From: an uncultured Acidobacteriota bacterium
Lineage (GTDB): Bacteria; Acidobacteriota; Thermoanaerobaculia; Multivoradales; SZUA-115
Assembly: GCA_963805975.1 (NCBI GenBank)
Contig: CAWDVR010000002.1
Span: forward strand, 320,001-384,000
DNA length: 64,000 bases
Reading direction: 5' to 3'
Shown in pieces: positions 1 through 16,604 of this stretch; position 1 is the first letter of the stretch; the number at the start of each line of letters is the position of its first letter. Made by a program: the position numbers and the translations under genes. The notes under the pieces were generated by a model. That model was not told where the DNA came from, searched no databases, and saw only the letters and a program-made list of their open reading frames with translations.

Positions 1-2
1 TG

Positions 3-719
3 CAGCTCACGCGCGACACCGGCTACTTCTGGTTCTTCCGCGACACCAACGTGGAGATGGTGCTCAAGGTCCTCGACGCCTGCGCCGTCAACAACCGGTT
101 CTGGGTGTTCTCGGCCGGGCTCACCAACGTCGAGGTGGACATCCTGGTCACCGACGTGCTGACCGGCCAGACGGCGACCTACAACAATCCCCTGGACCGT
201 CCGTTCCCGCCGATCCTCGACACCAACGCTCTCGCCGTCTGCCCCGGCTCCTCGGCCAGTGCCGCGGAACCATCCCTCGCCGCCGCGGAGCTCGAAGCGG
301 GCGGCTTCGAGAGCGAGAGTGAAGTTGCTTCCCTGGCGGGTGATCCGGGCTTCGACCTCGCGCGCCTGGACACCAAGGGCTCGGACACCTTCCTGCTGCT
401 CAACGGCGGGCGCTTCCGTATCTCGATCGACTGGCAGACCGGGGCCGGCCAGTCCGGCCAGGGCCACGGCGTGCAGCTCACGGCGGACACCGGCTACTTC
501 TGGTTCTTCAACCCGAACAACGTCGAGGTGCTCCTCAAGGTGCTCAACGCCTGCGGGCTCAACGAGCACTACTGGGTGTTCTCCGGTGGGTTGACCAACG
601 TCCGCGCCGTGATCCGAGTGGAGGACACCTCGAACGGGACGGTGAAGACTTACACCAACCCCCAGAACACGCCCTTCCAGCCCATCCTGGACACCAGCGC
701 GTTCGAGACCTGTCCGTAG
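3..719 (+). CDS. 5'-truncated protein ending in two tandem copies of an uncharacterised ~110-aa Cys-ended domain (DTGYFWFF..NVE..KVL.AC..N..WVF..GLTNV..Y.NP..F.PI.DT.A...CP)
   Basis: Frame is open from the window edge (QLTRDTGYFWFFRDTNVEM...). The internal duplication is visible in the translation, and the same domain ends the ORF at 55919. Confidence 0.85.
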   Translation, partial: QLTRDTGYFWFFRDTNVEMVLKVLDACAVNNRFWVFSAGLTNVEVDILVTDVLTGQTATYNNPLDRPFPPILDTNALAVCPGSSASAAEPSLAAAELEAGGFESESEVASLAGDPGFDLARLDTKGSDTFLLLNGGRFRISIDWQTGAGQSGQGHGVQLTADTGYFWFFNPNNVEVLLKVLNACGLNEHYWVFSGGLTNVRAVIRVEDTSNGTVKTYTNPQNTPFQPILDTSAFETCP

Positions 720-849
720 CGGGCAGAATTGATCGAGCATCTCCGGGGACGCCGCCAAAGAGAATGGCGCCCCGGAGGTCTCTCCTACACGCGATCCGGT
801 GTGATTGCGTCCAGCCTTCGGTGGGCGGTCCCTGAGAAAGCAAACCGGT

Positions 850-880
850 AGAAAGCAAGCGGCCGGCTTGCGCCGGCCGC
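850..880 (-). terminator. Intrinsic terminator after rpoC
   Basis: Minus strand reads GCGGCCGGC-GCAA-GCCGGCCGC followed by TTGCTTTCT, about 55 nt after the rpoC stop. Confidence 0.7.
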
Positions 881-935
881 CTGGATCACGTCTGTCAGAA
901 AAGCGTGCAGGCCGGGGTTGGTCCCGGCCCCGCTG

Positions 936-5117
<4,182 letters not shown>

Positions 5118-5154
5118 AGGAGTACCTCCCTAAAGCCGGATGAGTCGTGAACTG

Positions 5155-9426
<4,272 letters not shown>

Positions 9427-9656
9427 ATCGCCTTTCATGCTCGGGCGCGCTTAGGCGCCGAGCTTGCCAAAGACAGGTGGAACCATGCCCTTCCCCACTG
9501 CTCGGACGAGCGCGGGGCGGAAGGCATGGTTCGTTCTGGGCAGAGTAGCAAGTGCGCTTTGTCTACGCCAAAGGAGGGGACCGAAGCCCCGGATCCGCTT
9601 GCCGCACGCTGGAGTAGCGCCGGCGGCTGCCCGACTGCTGCGTGGAGAGGCAGCGC

Positions 9657-10037
9657 TTACTTGACCTCGACCGTGGCACCGACCTCTTCGAACTTCTTCT
9701 TGATCGAGGCCGCCTCGTCTTTCGACACGCCCTGCTTGATGGGCTGCGGGGCGCCCTCGACCAGATCCTTGGCTTCCTTGAGACCCAGGCTCGTCACCTC
9801 GCGCACTGCCTTGATGACGTTGATCTTCTTGTCGCCCGCTTCCTTCAGGATCACGTCGAACTCGGTCTTCTCTTCGACCGCCTCGGCCGCCGCGCCACCG
9901 CCGGCAGGAGCCACGGCCACGGCGGCAGCCGCCGCGGACACGCCGTAGTGCTCTTCGAGTGCCTTGACGAGCTGGTTCAGCTCCAGCACGGTCATCTGGT
10001 CGATCTGGCTGATTAGTTCCTGGGTCGCGACTGCCAT
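9657..10037 (-). CDS. rplL: 50S ribosomal protein L7/L12
   Basis: [30 protein letters not shown]; Ala-rich hinge; synteny. Confidence 0.98.
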   Translation of the reverse strand: MAVATQELISQIDQMTVLELNQLVKALEEHYGVSAAAAAVAVAPAGGGAAAEAVEEKTEFDVILKEAGDKKINVIKAVREVTSLGLKEAKDLVEGAPQPIKQGVSKDEAASIKKKFEEVGATVEVK

Positions 10038-10095
10038 CTCTGTCTCCTTGTATCACCGACCGACCGCGTGGGTCCGGTGGCGGTCTTCTTGTTCC

Positions 10096-10659
10096 TTAAG
10101 CCTCGGGCTCCGCGCCGGGGTCTCCGCCGCCTGCCTGCTGCTCCTTCTGTAGACGAACCTGATCGAGCACCACCACGAAGTCCCGCGGGATCGCCGCCAG
10201 CGTGCGCACGAAGCGCGCGATCGGCGACTGCAGCAGGAAGAGGAGCTTCCCGATCAGCTCCTTGCGCCCCGGAAGACCGGCGATGTCCTTGACCTGATCG
10301 GCAGCGATCGCCTGGCCCTCGACGATGCCGCCCTTGAACTGGATGGCCGGCACGTCCTTGGCAAACTGGGTCAGGGTCTTGGCCAGCGCGACCACGTCGC
10401 CGTTGGTGAAAGCCACGGCCGTGGCGCCGGTGAACTGATCCTTGAGTTCTGCCAGGGCCTGGCCGTCGATGGCACGCAGAGCGAGGGTGTTCTTGACCAC
10501 CACGTAGGTGCCGCCGCTCTGGCGCACCTTCTCGCGCAGGTCCGTCGCCTGCGGCACTTTGATTCCCTGGTACCCCATCACGAAGGCGTGCCGCGCGGCG
10601 GCCAGCTCCGAGGTGTACTTGTCGACCAGCTCGTTCTTCTTTGCCTGACTGAGGGCCAT
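10096..10659 (-). CDS. rplJ: 50S ribosomal protein L10
   Basis: YQGIKVPQATDLR..VVKNTL..G.TAVAF motifs; lies between rplA and rplL. Confidence 0.96.
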   Translation of the reverse strand: MALSQAKKNELVDKYTSELAAARHAFVMGYQGIKVPQATDLREKVRQSGGTYVVVKNTLALRAIDGQALAELKDQFTGATAVAFTNGDVVALAKTLTQFAKDVPAIQFKGGIVEGQAIAADQVKDIAGLPGRKELIGKLLFLLQSPIARFVRTLAAIPRDFVVVLDQVRLQKEQQAGGGDPGAEPEA

Positions 10660-10671
10660 CGCCGTCTCTCC

Positions 10672-11373
10672 TTACGCTTCCGCCGTCACGAGGGCGCTCT
10701 CGTCGATACGCACGCCCGGGCCCATGGTCGAAGACAGGGCCAGCGACTTGACATACTTGCCCTTGGCCGCCGCCGGCTTGGCCTTCATCACGGCGCCGAT
10801 CAGCGCCTCGGCGTTGGCCGTGAGCTGCGCCGCGTTGAACGAGGCCTTGCCGACCGGGGCGTGAATGATGCCCGCCTTTTCGACCCGGAACTCCACCTTA
10901 CCGGCCTTGATGTCCGAGATCGCCTTGGCGACGTCCGCGGTCACCGTGCCGGTCTTGGGGTTGGGCATCAGGCCCCGGGGGCCGAGCACACGACCCAGGC
11001 GGCCGGTGACTTTCATCATGTCGGGAGTCGAGACCACCGCGTCGAAGTCGAGCCAGCCTTCCGAGATCTTCTTGGCCAGGTCCTCGCCGCCCACGAAGTC
11101 GGCGCCGGCGTCCTGCGCCTCCTTGATCTTCTCGCCGTCGGCGAACACCAGCACCTTGACCGACTTGCCCGTGCCGTGGGGCAGCACCACCGTGCCGCGC
11201 ACCATCTGGTCGGCGTGGCGCGGGTCGACGCCCAGGCGCATGGCGACCTCGACCGTCTCGTCGAACTTCGCCTTGGCGTTCTCCTTCACCAGGCCCACCG
11301 CCTCGGCCAGGGGATACGTCCTCTCTTCGACCTTCTGCGCCGCGGCGCGAAAACGCTTGCCGTGCTTTGCCAC
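10672..11373 (-). CDS. rplA: 50S ribosomal protein L1
   Basis: [40 protein letters not shown]. Confidence 0.98.
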   Translation of the reverse strand: MAKHGKRFRAAAQKVEERTYPLAEAVGLVKENAKAKFDETVEVAMRLGVDPRHADQMVRGTVVLPHGTGKSVKVLVFADGEKIKEAQDAGADFVGGEDLAKKISEGWLDFDAVVSTPDMMKVTGRLGRVLGPRGLMPNPKTGTVTADVAKAISDIKAGKVEFRVEKAGIIHAPVGKASFNAAQLTANAEALIGAVMKAKPAAAKGKYVKSLALSSTMGPGVRIDESALVTAEA

Positions 11374-11410
11374 CTTCGTCTCCTCGGTTCTGGCCTAGCC
11401 TGTCAGGGGC

Positions 11411-11836
11411 CTAGCCCTGGATCTCGATGCCCATCGACCGGGCAGTGCCGGAGATGGTCTTGATGGCGGCCTCGAGGCTCGCGGCGTTCAGGTCCGGCAT
11501 CTTGGTCTTGGCGATCTCTTCGATCTGCGTCGGCGTCACCTTGCCCACTTTGTTGCGGTTCGGCTCGCCCGAGCCTTTTTGCAGCCCGGCCGCCTTGATC
11601 AGCAGGATCGCGGCCGGCGGCGTCTTGGTGATGAAGGTGTAGGAGCGGTCGGCGTAGACCGTGACCACCACCGGGATGATCAGCCCCTGCTGCGCCGCCG
11701 TCTTGGCGTTGAAGGCCTTGCAGAAGTCCATGATGTTCACGCCCGCCTGGCCGAGGGCCGGGCCCACGGGAGGGGCCGGGGTCGCCTGGCCGGCGGGGAT
11801 CTGCAGCTTGACTTGTCCGACTACCTTCTTCGCCAT
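11411..11836 (-). CDS. rplK: 50S ribosomal protein L11
   Basis: [30 protein letters not shown]. Confidence 0.98.
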   Translation of the reverse strand: MAKKVVGQVKLQIPAGQATPAPPVGPALGQAGVNIMDFCKAFNAKTAAQQGLIIPVVVTVYADRSYTFITKTPPAAILLIKAAGLQKGSGEPNRNKVGKVTPTQIEEIAKTKMPDLNAASLEAAIKTISGTARSMGIEIQG

Positions 11837-11877
11837 GACCTCACCCTCGACTTGTCATCCTGAGCGCAGCGTGTCAC

Positions 11878-12435
11878 TTACAGTTTCTGAACCTGGGCGA
11901 AATCCAGCTCGACCGGAGTCTGGCGGCCGAAGATGGTGACCATCACCTTGAGCGTGTTGCGGTCGAGGTTGATCTCGTCGACCACGCCCGAGAAGTTGTT
12001 GAACGGCCCGTCGATGATCTTCACCGGCTCGGCCTTCTCGAACACGTACTTGGGCTTCGGCTTCTCCTTGGCGGTCACCACCTGCTCGAGGATGTTGTTG
12101 ACCTCTTCCTCGGAGAGCGGGGTGGGCTTCTTGCCGGTGCCGACGAAGCCCGTCACCTTGGGAGTGTTCTTCACCACGTGCCAGGCCGGGTCGGACATCT
12201 CCATCTCGACCAGGATGTAGCCGGGGAAGAACTTGCGCTCGATCTCGCGCTTCTTGCCGCCCTTGTACTCGACCACCGTCTCGGTGGGAATGCGGATCTC
12301 GCCGAAGGCGTGGCCCATGCCGAGCGCGTCGGCACGCTGGCGTAGCGTCTCCTTCACCCGCTCCTCGAAACCGGAGTAGGTGTGGACGATGTACCACTGC
12401 CGCGGCTTGGTGGGGGCTGCGCTGTCGATGATCAC
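11878..12435 (-). CDS. nusG: Transcription termination/antitermination factor NusG
   Basis: WYIVHTYSGFE, FFPGYILVEM, KOW motif IIDGPFNNFSG, IFGRQTPVELDF. GTG at 12435 overlaps the secE stop (alternative ATG at 12459). Confidence 0.96.
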   Translation of the reverse strand: MIIDSAAPTKPRQWYIVHTYSGFEERVKETLRQRADALGMGHAFGEIRIPTETVVEYKGGKKREIERKFFPGYILVEMEMSDPAWHVVKNTPKVTGFVGTGKKPTPLSEEEVNNILEQVVTAKEKPKPKYVFEKAEPVKIIDGPFNNFSGVVDEINLDRNTLKVMVTIFGRQTPVELDFAQVQKL

Positions 12436-12650
12436 TAGCTGAGCTTCCCTACGATCCATTCATAGCCGCGAATGATCGCGACATCGACGACCCACAGGTA
12501 GATCGCGAAGATCACGCTGGCCACGAGCACCACCGCCGTGGTGGCGATCACCTCCTGACGGGAGGGGAACGACACCTTGCTCATCTCCGTCCGCACCTCG
12601 CGGAAGAAGGTCTTAGCTTTCTCGTACCAGACGCGTGGGTCCCATTTCAT
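12435..12650 (-). CDS. secE: Preprotein translocase subunit SecE
   Basis: FFREVRTEMSKVSFPSRQE plus one TM helix; lies between tRNA-Trp and nusG. Start at ATG 12650 because the longer ORF overlaps the tRNA. Confidence 0.93.
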   Translation of the reverse strand: MKWDPRVWYEKAKTFFREVRTEMSKVSFPSRQEVIATTAVVLVASVIFAIYLWVVDVAIIRGYEWIVGKLS

Positions 12651-12674
12651 ACTGTTGACGTTTTCCCAAGACTT

Positions 12675-12751
12675 TGGCAGGCCAGGAGGGATTCGAACCC
12701 CCAACATCCGGTTTTGGAGACCGGCGCTCTACCAGTTCGAGCTACTGGCCT
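12675..12751 (-). tRNA. trnW: tRNA-Trp(CCA)
   Basis: AGGCCAGTAGCTC..CCGGT-CTCCAAA-ACCGG..GGTTCGAATCC..CTGGCCTGCCA; encoded CCA end. Confidence 0.97.
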
Positions 12752-12777
12752 GTGTTGGCTTTGCTACGGCTCTACCC

Positions 12778-13971
12778 TTACTTGACGATTTCGGTGACGG
12801 TGCCGGCGCCGACGGTGCGTCCGCCTTCGCGAATCGCGAACCGTACGCCCTTCTCCATCGCGATCGGCGCGATCAGCTCCACTTCCAGGTTCACGTTGTC
12901 CCCGGGCATCACCATCTCCGTGCCACCCGGAAGCGTCGCCACGCCCGTCACGTCCGTGGTACGAAAATAAAACTGCGGACGGTAGCCGTTGAAGAACGGA
13001 GTGTGCCGCCCCCCCTCGTCCTTGGTCAGCACGTACACCTCGCCCTTGAACTTGGTGTGCGGCGTGATCGAGCCCGGCTTGGCCAGCACCTGCCCGCGCT
13101 CCACGTCGTCCTTCTTCGTGCCGCGCAGCAGGATCCCCACGTTGTCGCCCGCCTGGCCCTGGTCCAGGAGCTTCCGGAACATCTCGACGCCAGTCACGAT
13201 CGTCTTCGTGGTCGGATGGATGCCTACGATCTCCACCTCGTCGCCCACCTTGATGATCCCCCGCTCCACCCGGCCCGTCACCACCGTGCCCCGACCCTGG
13301 ATCGAGAAAATGTCCTCGATCGGCATCAGGAAGTCCTTGTCGATCGCCCGCTCCGGCAGCGGCACATAGTTGTCCACCGCCGTGATCAGCTCGATGATCT
13401 TCGAACCCCACGGATCGTCCGCCTTGCCCGCCTCCAAAGCCTTGAGCGCCGAGCCACGGACGATCGGAATGTCATCGCCGGGGAAGTCGTACTTAGACAA
13501 CAGCTCACGAACCTCCAGCTCCACCAGGTCCAAAAGCTCCGGATCGTCCACCATGTCGCACTTGTTGAGGAACACCACGATGCTCGGCACTCCCACCTGG
13601 CGCGCCAACAAAATGTGCTCCCGCGTCTGAGGCATCGGACCGTCCGCCGCCGACACCACCACGATCGCACCGTCCATCTGCGCCGCACCCGTGATCATGT
13701 TCTTCACGTAGTCCGCGTGACCCGGGCAATCCACGTGCGCGTAGTGACGCACCTCCGACTGGTACTCCACGTGAGCCGTCGCGATCGTGATCCCGCGCTC
13801 ACGCTCCTCCGGTGCCTTGTCGATCTGATCGAACGCCACGAAATCCGCCAAACCCTTCGAAGCCAATACCTTCGTGATCGCCGCCGTCAACGTCGTCTTC
13901 CCATGGTCCACGTGACCAATCGTACCGATGTTCACGTGCGGCTTCGAACGCTCAAACTTCTGCTTCGCCAT
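12778..13971 (-). CDS. tuf: Elongation factor Tu
   Basis: [43 protein letters not shown]. Confidence 0.99.
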   Translation of the reverse strand: MAKQKFERSKPHVNIGTIGHVDHGKTTLTAAITKVLASKGLADFVAFDQIDKAPEERERGITIATAHVEYQSEVRHYAHVDCPGHADYVKNMITGAAQMDGAIVVVSAADGPMPQTREHILLARQVGVPSIVVFLNKCDMVDDPELLDLVELEVRELLSKYDFPGDDIPIVRGSALKALEAGKADDPWGSKIIELITAVDNYVPLPERAIDKDFLMPIEDIFSIQGRGTVVTGRVERGIIKVGDEVEIVGIHPTTKTIVTGVEMFRKLLDQGQAGDNVGILLRGTKKDDVERGQVLAKPGSITPHTKFKGEVYVLTKDEGGRHTPFFNGYRPQFYFRTTDVTGVATLPGGTEMVMPGDNVNLEVELIAPIAMEKGVRFAIREGGRTVGAGTVTEIVK

Positions 13972-14064
13972 GGCGACTCTGATACCTCCTCACGCTCGCA
14001 TGCCTGACCGCCGAAGCCGCCCGCTGGCACCGAGCCGTTTCAAGTCCGTTCCTGTGATCCGCCT

Positions 14065-14139
14065 TGGAGCCCACGACCGGATTTGAACCGGTGACCCCTT
14101 CCTTACCAAGGAAGTGCTCTACCCCTGAGCCACGTGGGC
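14065..14139 (-). tRNA. trnT: tRNA-Thr(GGT)
   Basis: GCCCACG..CTTCC-TTGGTAA-GGAAG..GGTTCAAATCC..CGTGGGCTCCA. Confidence 0.97.
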
Positions 14140-14218
14140 CTGATTTGTTGCCGCCGAGAGACACTGAAACTCCCCTCGGGCAAGCCACCCGAGACGGAGT
14201 TAACGGCCGAACCGTGCG

Positions 14219-14247
14219 AGTCTAGAGTTTTTTCCTGCCTCTGTAAA
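14219..14247 (-). promoter_or_regulatory. Sigma70-type promoter for tRNA-Thr-tuf
   Basis: TTTACA-17 nt-TAGACT on the minus strand, about 80 nt upstream of tRNA-Thr(GGT). Confidence 0.65.
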
Positions 14248-14415
14248 GCCCCCGCTCGTCCCGAGCGCCCGGCGCTGGTCCACTCCCGGGTACGAGGCAG
14301 GCAGCCCCGGGGGAGGCTCGGAGAGTGTGCCACAAGGCACCGGCGGCAAGCAAGCGGCGTCCCAGATCGGCCGGTGGCTGAGCTCCAAACCCGAGCCGAT
14401 CTCGGGAAATTCCCG

Positions 14416-15495
14416 CTACAGCGCCAGGGCGCAACCCAGTTTCAAGAAAAAGGTGCGGTCTCGGCGCACCAGATCGAGGCTCTGGTTGCCGATCGAGGTG
14501 TCGGAGTAACCAGCGAAGAGAACGGTTGTACACCAGGCGGACCTGCGACAGGTGGGCCCGAAAGGCCTCCCCACGTCGAGCTGGGCGACGTCGGCCTCGA
14601 CCTGCGAGAAGTCGGGATTGACGGCGGCGCTGAGGGTGAAGTTGGTGGTCAACCCCCAGCGTGCCGAGAGCCCCAGCTCGGTGTCCTCAGCGCCGGAGGA
14701 TAGCCCACCCTCCGGGAAGGGATCTCGCCGGTCGGTGCGGATCACGGTCGCGGTGGGGGCGGGCTCCAGATTGCGGCCCGGCTTCATTCCCGAGAAGCCC
14801 GACACCTTGTCCACCTGGCAGAGGATGCAGCCCTGATTGCGGTCGCGCGGCCAGGCGAGCAGGCGATGGCGCACGTTGCGCGGATAGGAGCGGCCGACGT
14901 CGAAGCCCCAGGTCTGGGCCTCGCCGGTGCCGGGAAAACGGAGCTGGGCGAAGGGGATCTCCACCTCGACCACGTAGCCCTCGCCGGTAATGCGGCCCGC
15001 CGAGGCCCAGATCATGTCGAAGGAGAAGTCCTCGATCCCCTCGTTCTTCGAGAAGATCGCGTCGGCCTGCACGCCCAGCGGGTCGATGCGGAACTGGAAA
15101 CCACGGCGCTCGTCGTTGAAGGGGTCGAGCATCAGCACCACGTGGTCGTCCTGGATGAAGGTCTCGATGGCGTCCCGATCCATCAGATGCGCGCGGATCT
15201 CGGCCGGCCTGGGGTCGTGGCAGATCCAGGCCACGTAGAGGCGGGCCTCGTCGTAGGTGACGAGGAACTCGGTCTCGACCGGCGCCGGCACATTGTCGTC
15301 GGGGAACCACTCGTAGGGCAGGTCGTAACGGACGGCTTGCGCCCAGGCGGGCTCTTCCAGCCTGCCGTCGATCACGATCTCCGAGGTCGCGGGGCGGACC
15401 TGGAGTTGGCGCGGCCCCTTCTCGGGCTCCCCCTCGAGCGCGGTCGGCGCCGAACCGAGAATGACCAGGGAGAGCAAGGGGAAGAAGCGCAGCAT
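14416..15495 (-). pseudogene. Internally deleted CBM9-like/DUF5916-type exported protein
   Basis: Signal peptide, IDGRLEEPAW, YDEARLYV, DPFNDERRGF and VNPDFSQVEADVAQLDV, then an abrupt jump to a C-terminal barrel-type strand (DRTFFLKLG). Only 359 aa. Confidence 0.6.
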
Positions 15496-15560
15496 GATCC
15501 TTCCACGGAAGCCTTGCAGCTCCCTAAGACGGGATCACGAGCGAAAAGTTTGCGCGGAAA

Positions 15561-15635
15561 TGGAGCGGGAGACGGGATTCGAACCCGCGACCAACGGCTT
15601 GGAAGGCCGTGACTCTACCCCTGAGTTACTCCCGC
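15561..15635 (-). tRNA. trnG: tRNA-Gly(TCC)
   Basis: GCGGGAG..ACGGC-CTTCCAA-GCCGT..GGTTCGAATCC..CTCCCGCTCCA. Confidence 0.97.
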
Positions 15636-15695
15636 GAAGGGCGGTCAGGCGACGCCGGCCGAACGAGCCGGTGCGCCGAGTGCACAGAAAGAAAA

Positions 15696-15782
15696 TGGTG
15701 GAGGCGGATGGATTTGAACCACCGTAGGGCTTTGCCCGGCAGATTTACAGTCTGCTGCCATTGACCACTCGGCCACGCCTCC
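15696..15782 (-). tRNA. trnY: tRNA-Tyr(GTA)
   Basis: GGAGGCG..GCAGA-CTGTAAA-TCTGC, long variable arm GGGC-AAA-GCCC, CCA end. Confidence 0.97.
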
Positions 15783-15821
15783 ACGGTCCTGTCAAAGACT
15801 TGCTCCTCATGCGGCATGCCC

Positions 15822-15896
15822 TGGAGCCGACACTCGGATTTGAACCGAGGACCTACGGTTTACAAGACCGTTGCTCTACCCCTGAGCTATGCCGGC
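15822..15896 (-). tRNA. trnT: tRNA-Thr(TGT)
   Basis: GCCGGCA..ACGGT-CTTGTAA-ACCGT..GGTTCAAATCC..TGTCGGCTCCA. Confidence 0.97.
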
Positions 15897-15950
15897 GGTC
15901 CTCGCGAGCACCGCGCTACCGCTCGTGAGCTTCCACTCCAAAGCCGCAAG

Positions 15951-15980
15951 AGTGTAGCCGCTTCCAGACGGGCGCCGCAA
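15951..15980 (-). promoter_or_regulatory. Putative sigma70 promoter for tRNA-Thr/Tyr/Gly
   Basis: TTGCGG-18 nt-TACACT on the minus strand, about 55 nt upstream of tRNA-Thr(TGT). Confidence 0.45.
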
Positions 15981-16044
15981 GCGCGACGCGGCCAGGAGGC
16001 GGCAAGCCGCGGCCCCTGGCGACGAACGCCGCGCGAAGGTCAGC

Positions 16045-16485
16045 CTACAGGCTGCGCTTCTTGGCTCGCAGGTTGCGGCGACTGCCCTTGCTCTTGCCGC
16101 CCGGGCCTCCTCCGCCTCCGGGCCGGCCGCCACCACCGCCGCCGCCGCCGAACCCGCCGCCGAAGCCGCCAAAGTCACCGAAGTCCCCCGACGGGGGCGG
16201 TCCGAAGCTCGGGCGCCGCCCTCCGTCCGGTCGCGGCGGGCGGTCTTCAGCCAGGTTCACCTTGAGGGGGCGTCCGCCGAGGTCCCGGCCGTTGAACAGC
16301 CGGATCGCCGCCTCTGCCTGCTCCTGGCTCGCGAACTCCACGAACGCGAAGCCGCGCGGGCGCCCGGTGGCCCGGTCGTTCGGCAGGAAGACGTCGATCA
16401 CCTCCCCGGCCTCGGCCAAGGCACGGGAAAGCTCGTCTCGGGTGGTGCTGAACGCGAGGTTGCCGACGAAAACTTTGCTGGGAAT
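16045..16485 (-). CDS. RRM RNA-binding protein with Gly-rich tail; probable ATT start
   Basis: RNP2 KVFVGNL and RNP1 RGFAFVEF. AAGGAG-7 nt-ATT CCC AGC AAA; the ORF track starts at GTG 16548. Confidence 0.88.
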   Translation of the reverse strand: MPSKVFVGNLAFSTTRDELSRALAEAGEVIDVFLPNDRATGRPRGFAFVEFASQEQAEAAIRLFNGRDLGGRPLKVNLAEDRPPRPDGGRRPSFGPPPSGDFGDFGGFGGGFGGGGGGGGRPGGGGGPGGKSKGSRRNLRAKKRSL

Positions 16486-16604
16486 GACGCCACTCCTTCT
16501 TGATGAACGCCCGCCGCCTGACGGGGCCCGGTTGCAATGGGCTTCCACGGAGCCGTTCCGCGGAAAATCACCGCCGATACTACCCCGAGGCGGGGCAGTT
16601 CGCG

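Noticed and set aside
738-850. Possible ncRNA or riboswitch between convergent genes (CTCCGGGG..CCCCGGAG stem, CTGAGA)
   Set aside because: It lies 3' of both genes and the rest of the TPP aptamer consensus is missing; most simply a terminator-type hairpin.
14065-15896. Prophage or integrative element at the tRNA genes
   Set aside because: No integrase or phage genes, and I saw no duplicated tRNA 3' end (att site) in the window.
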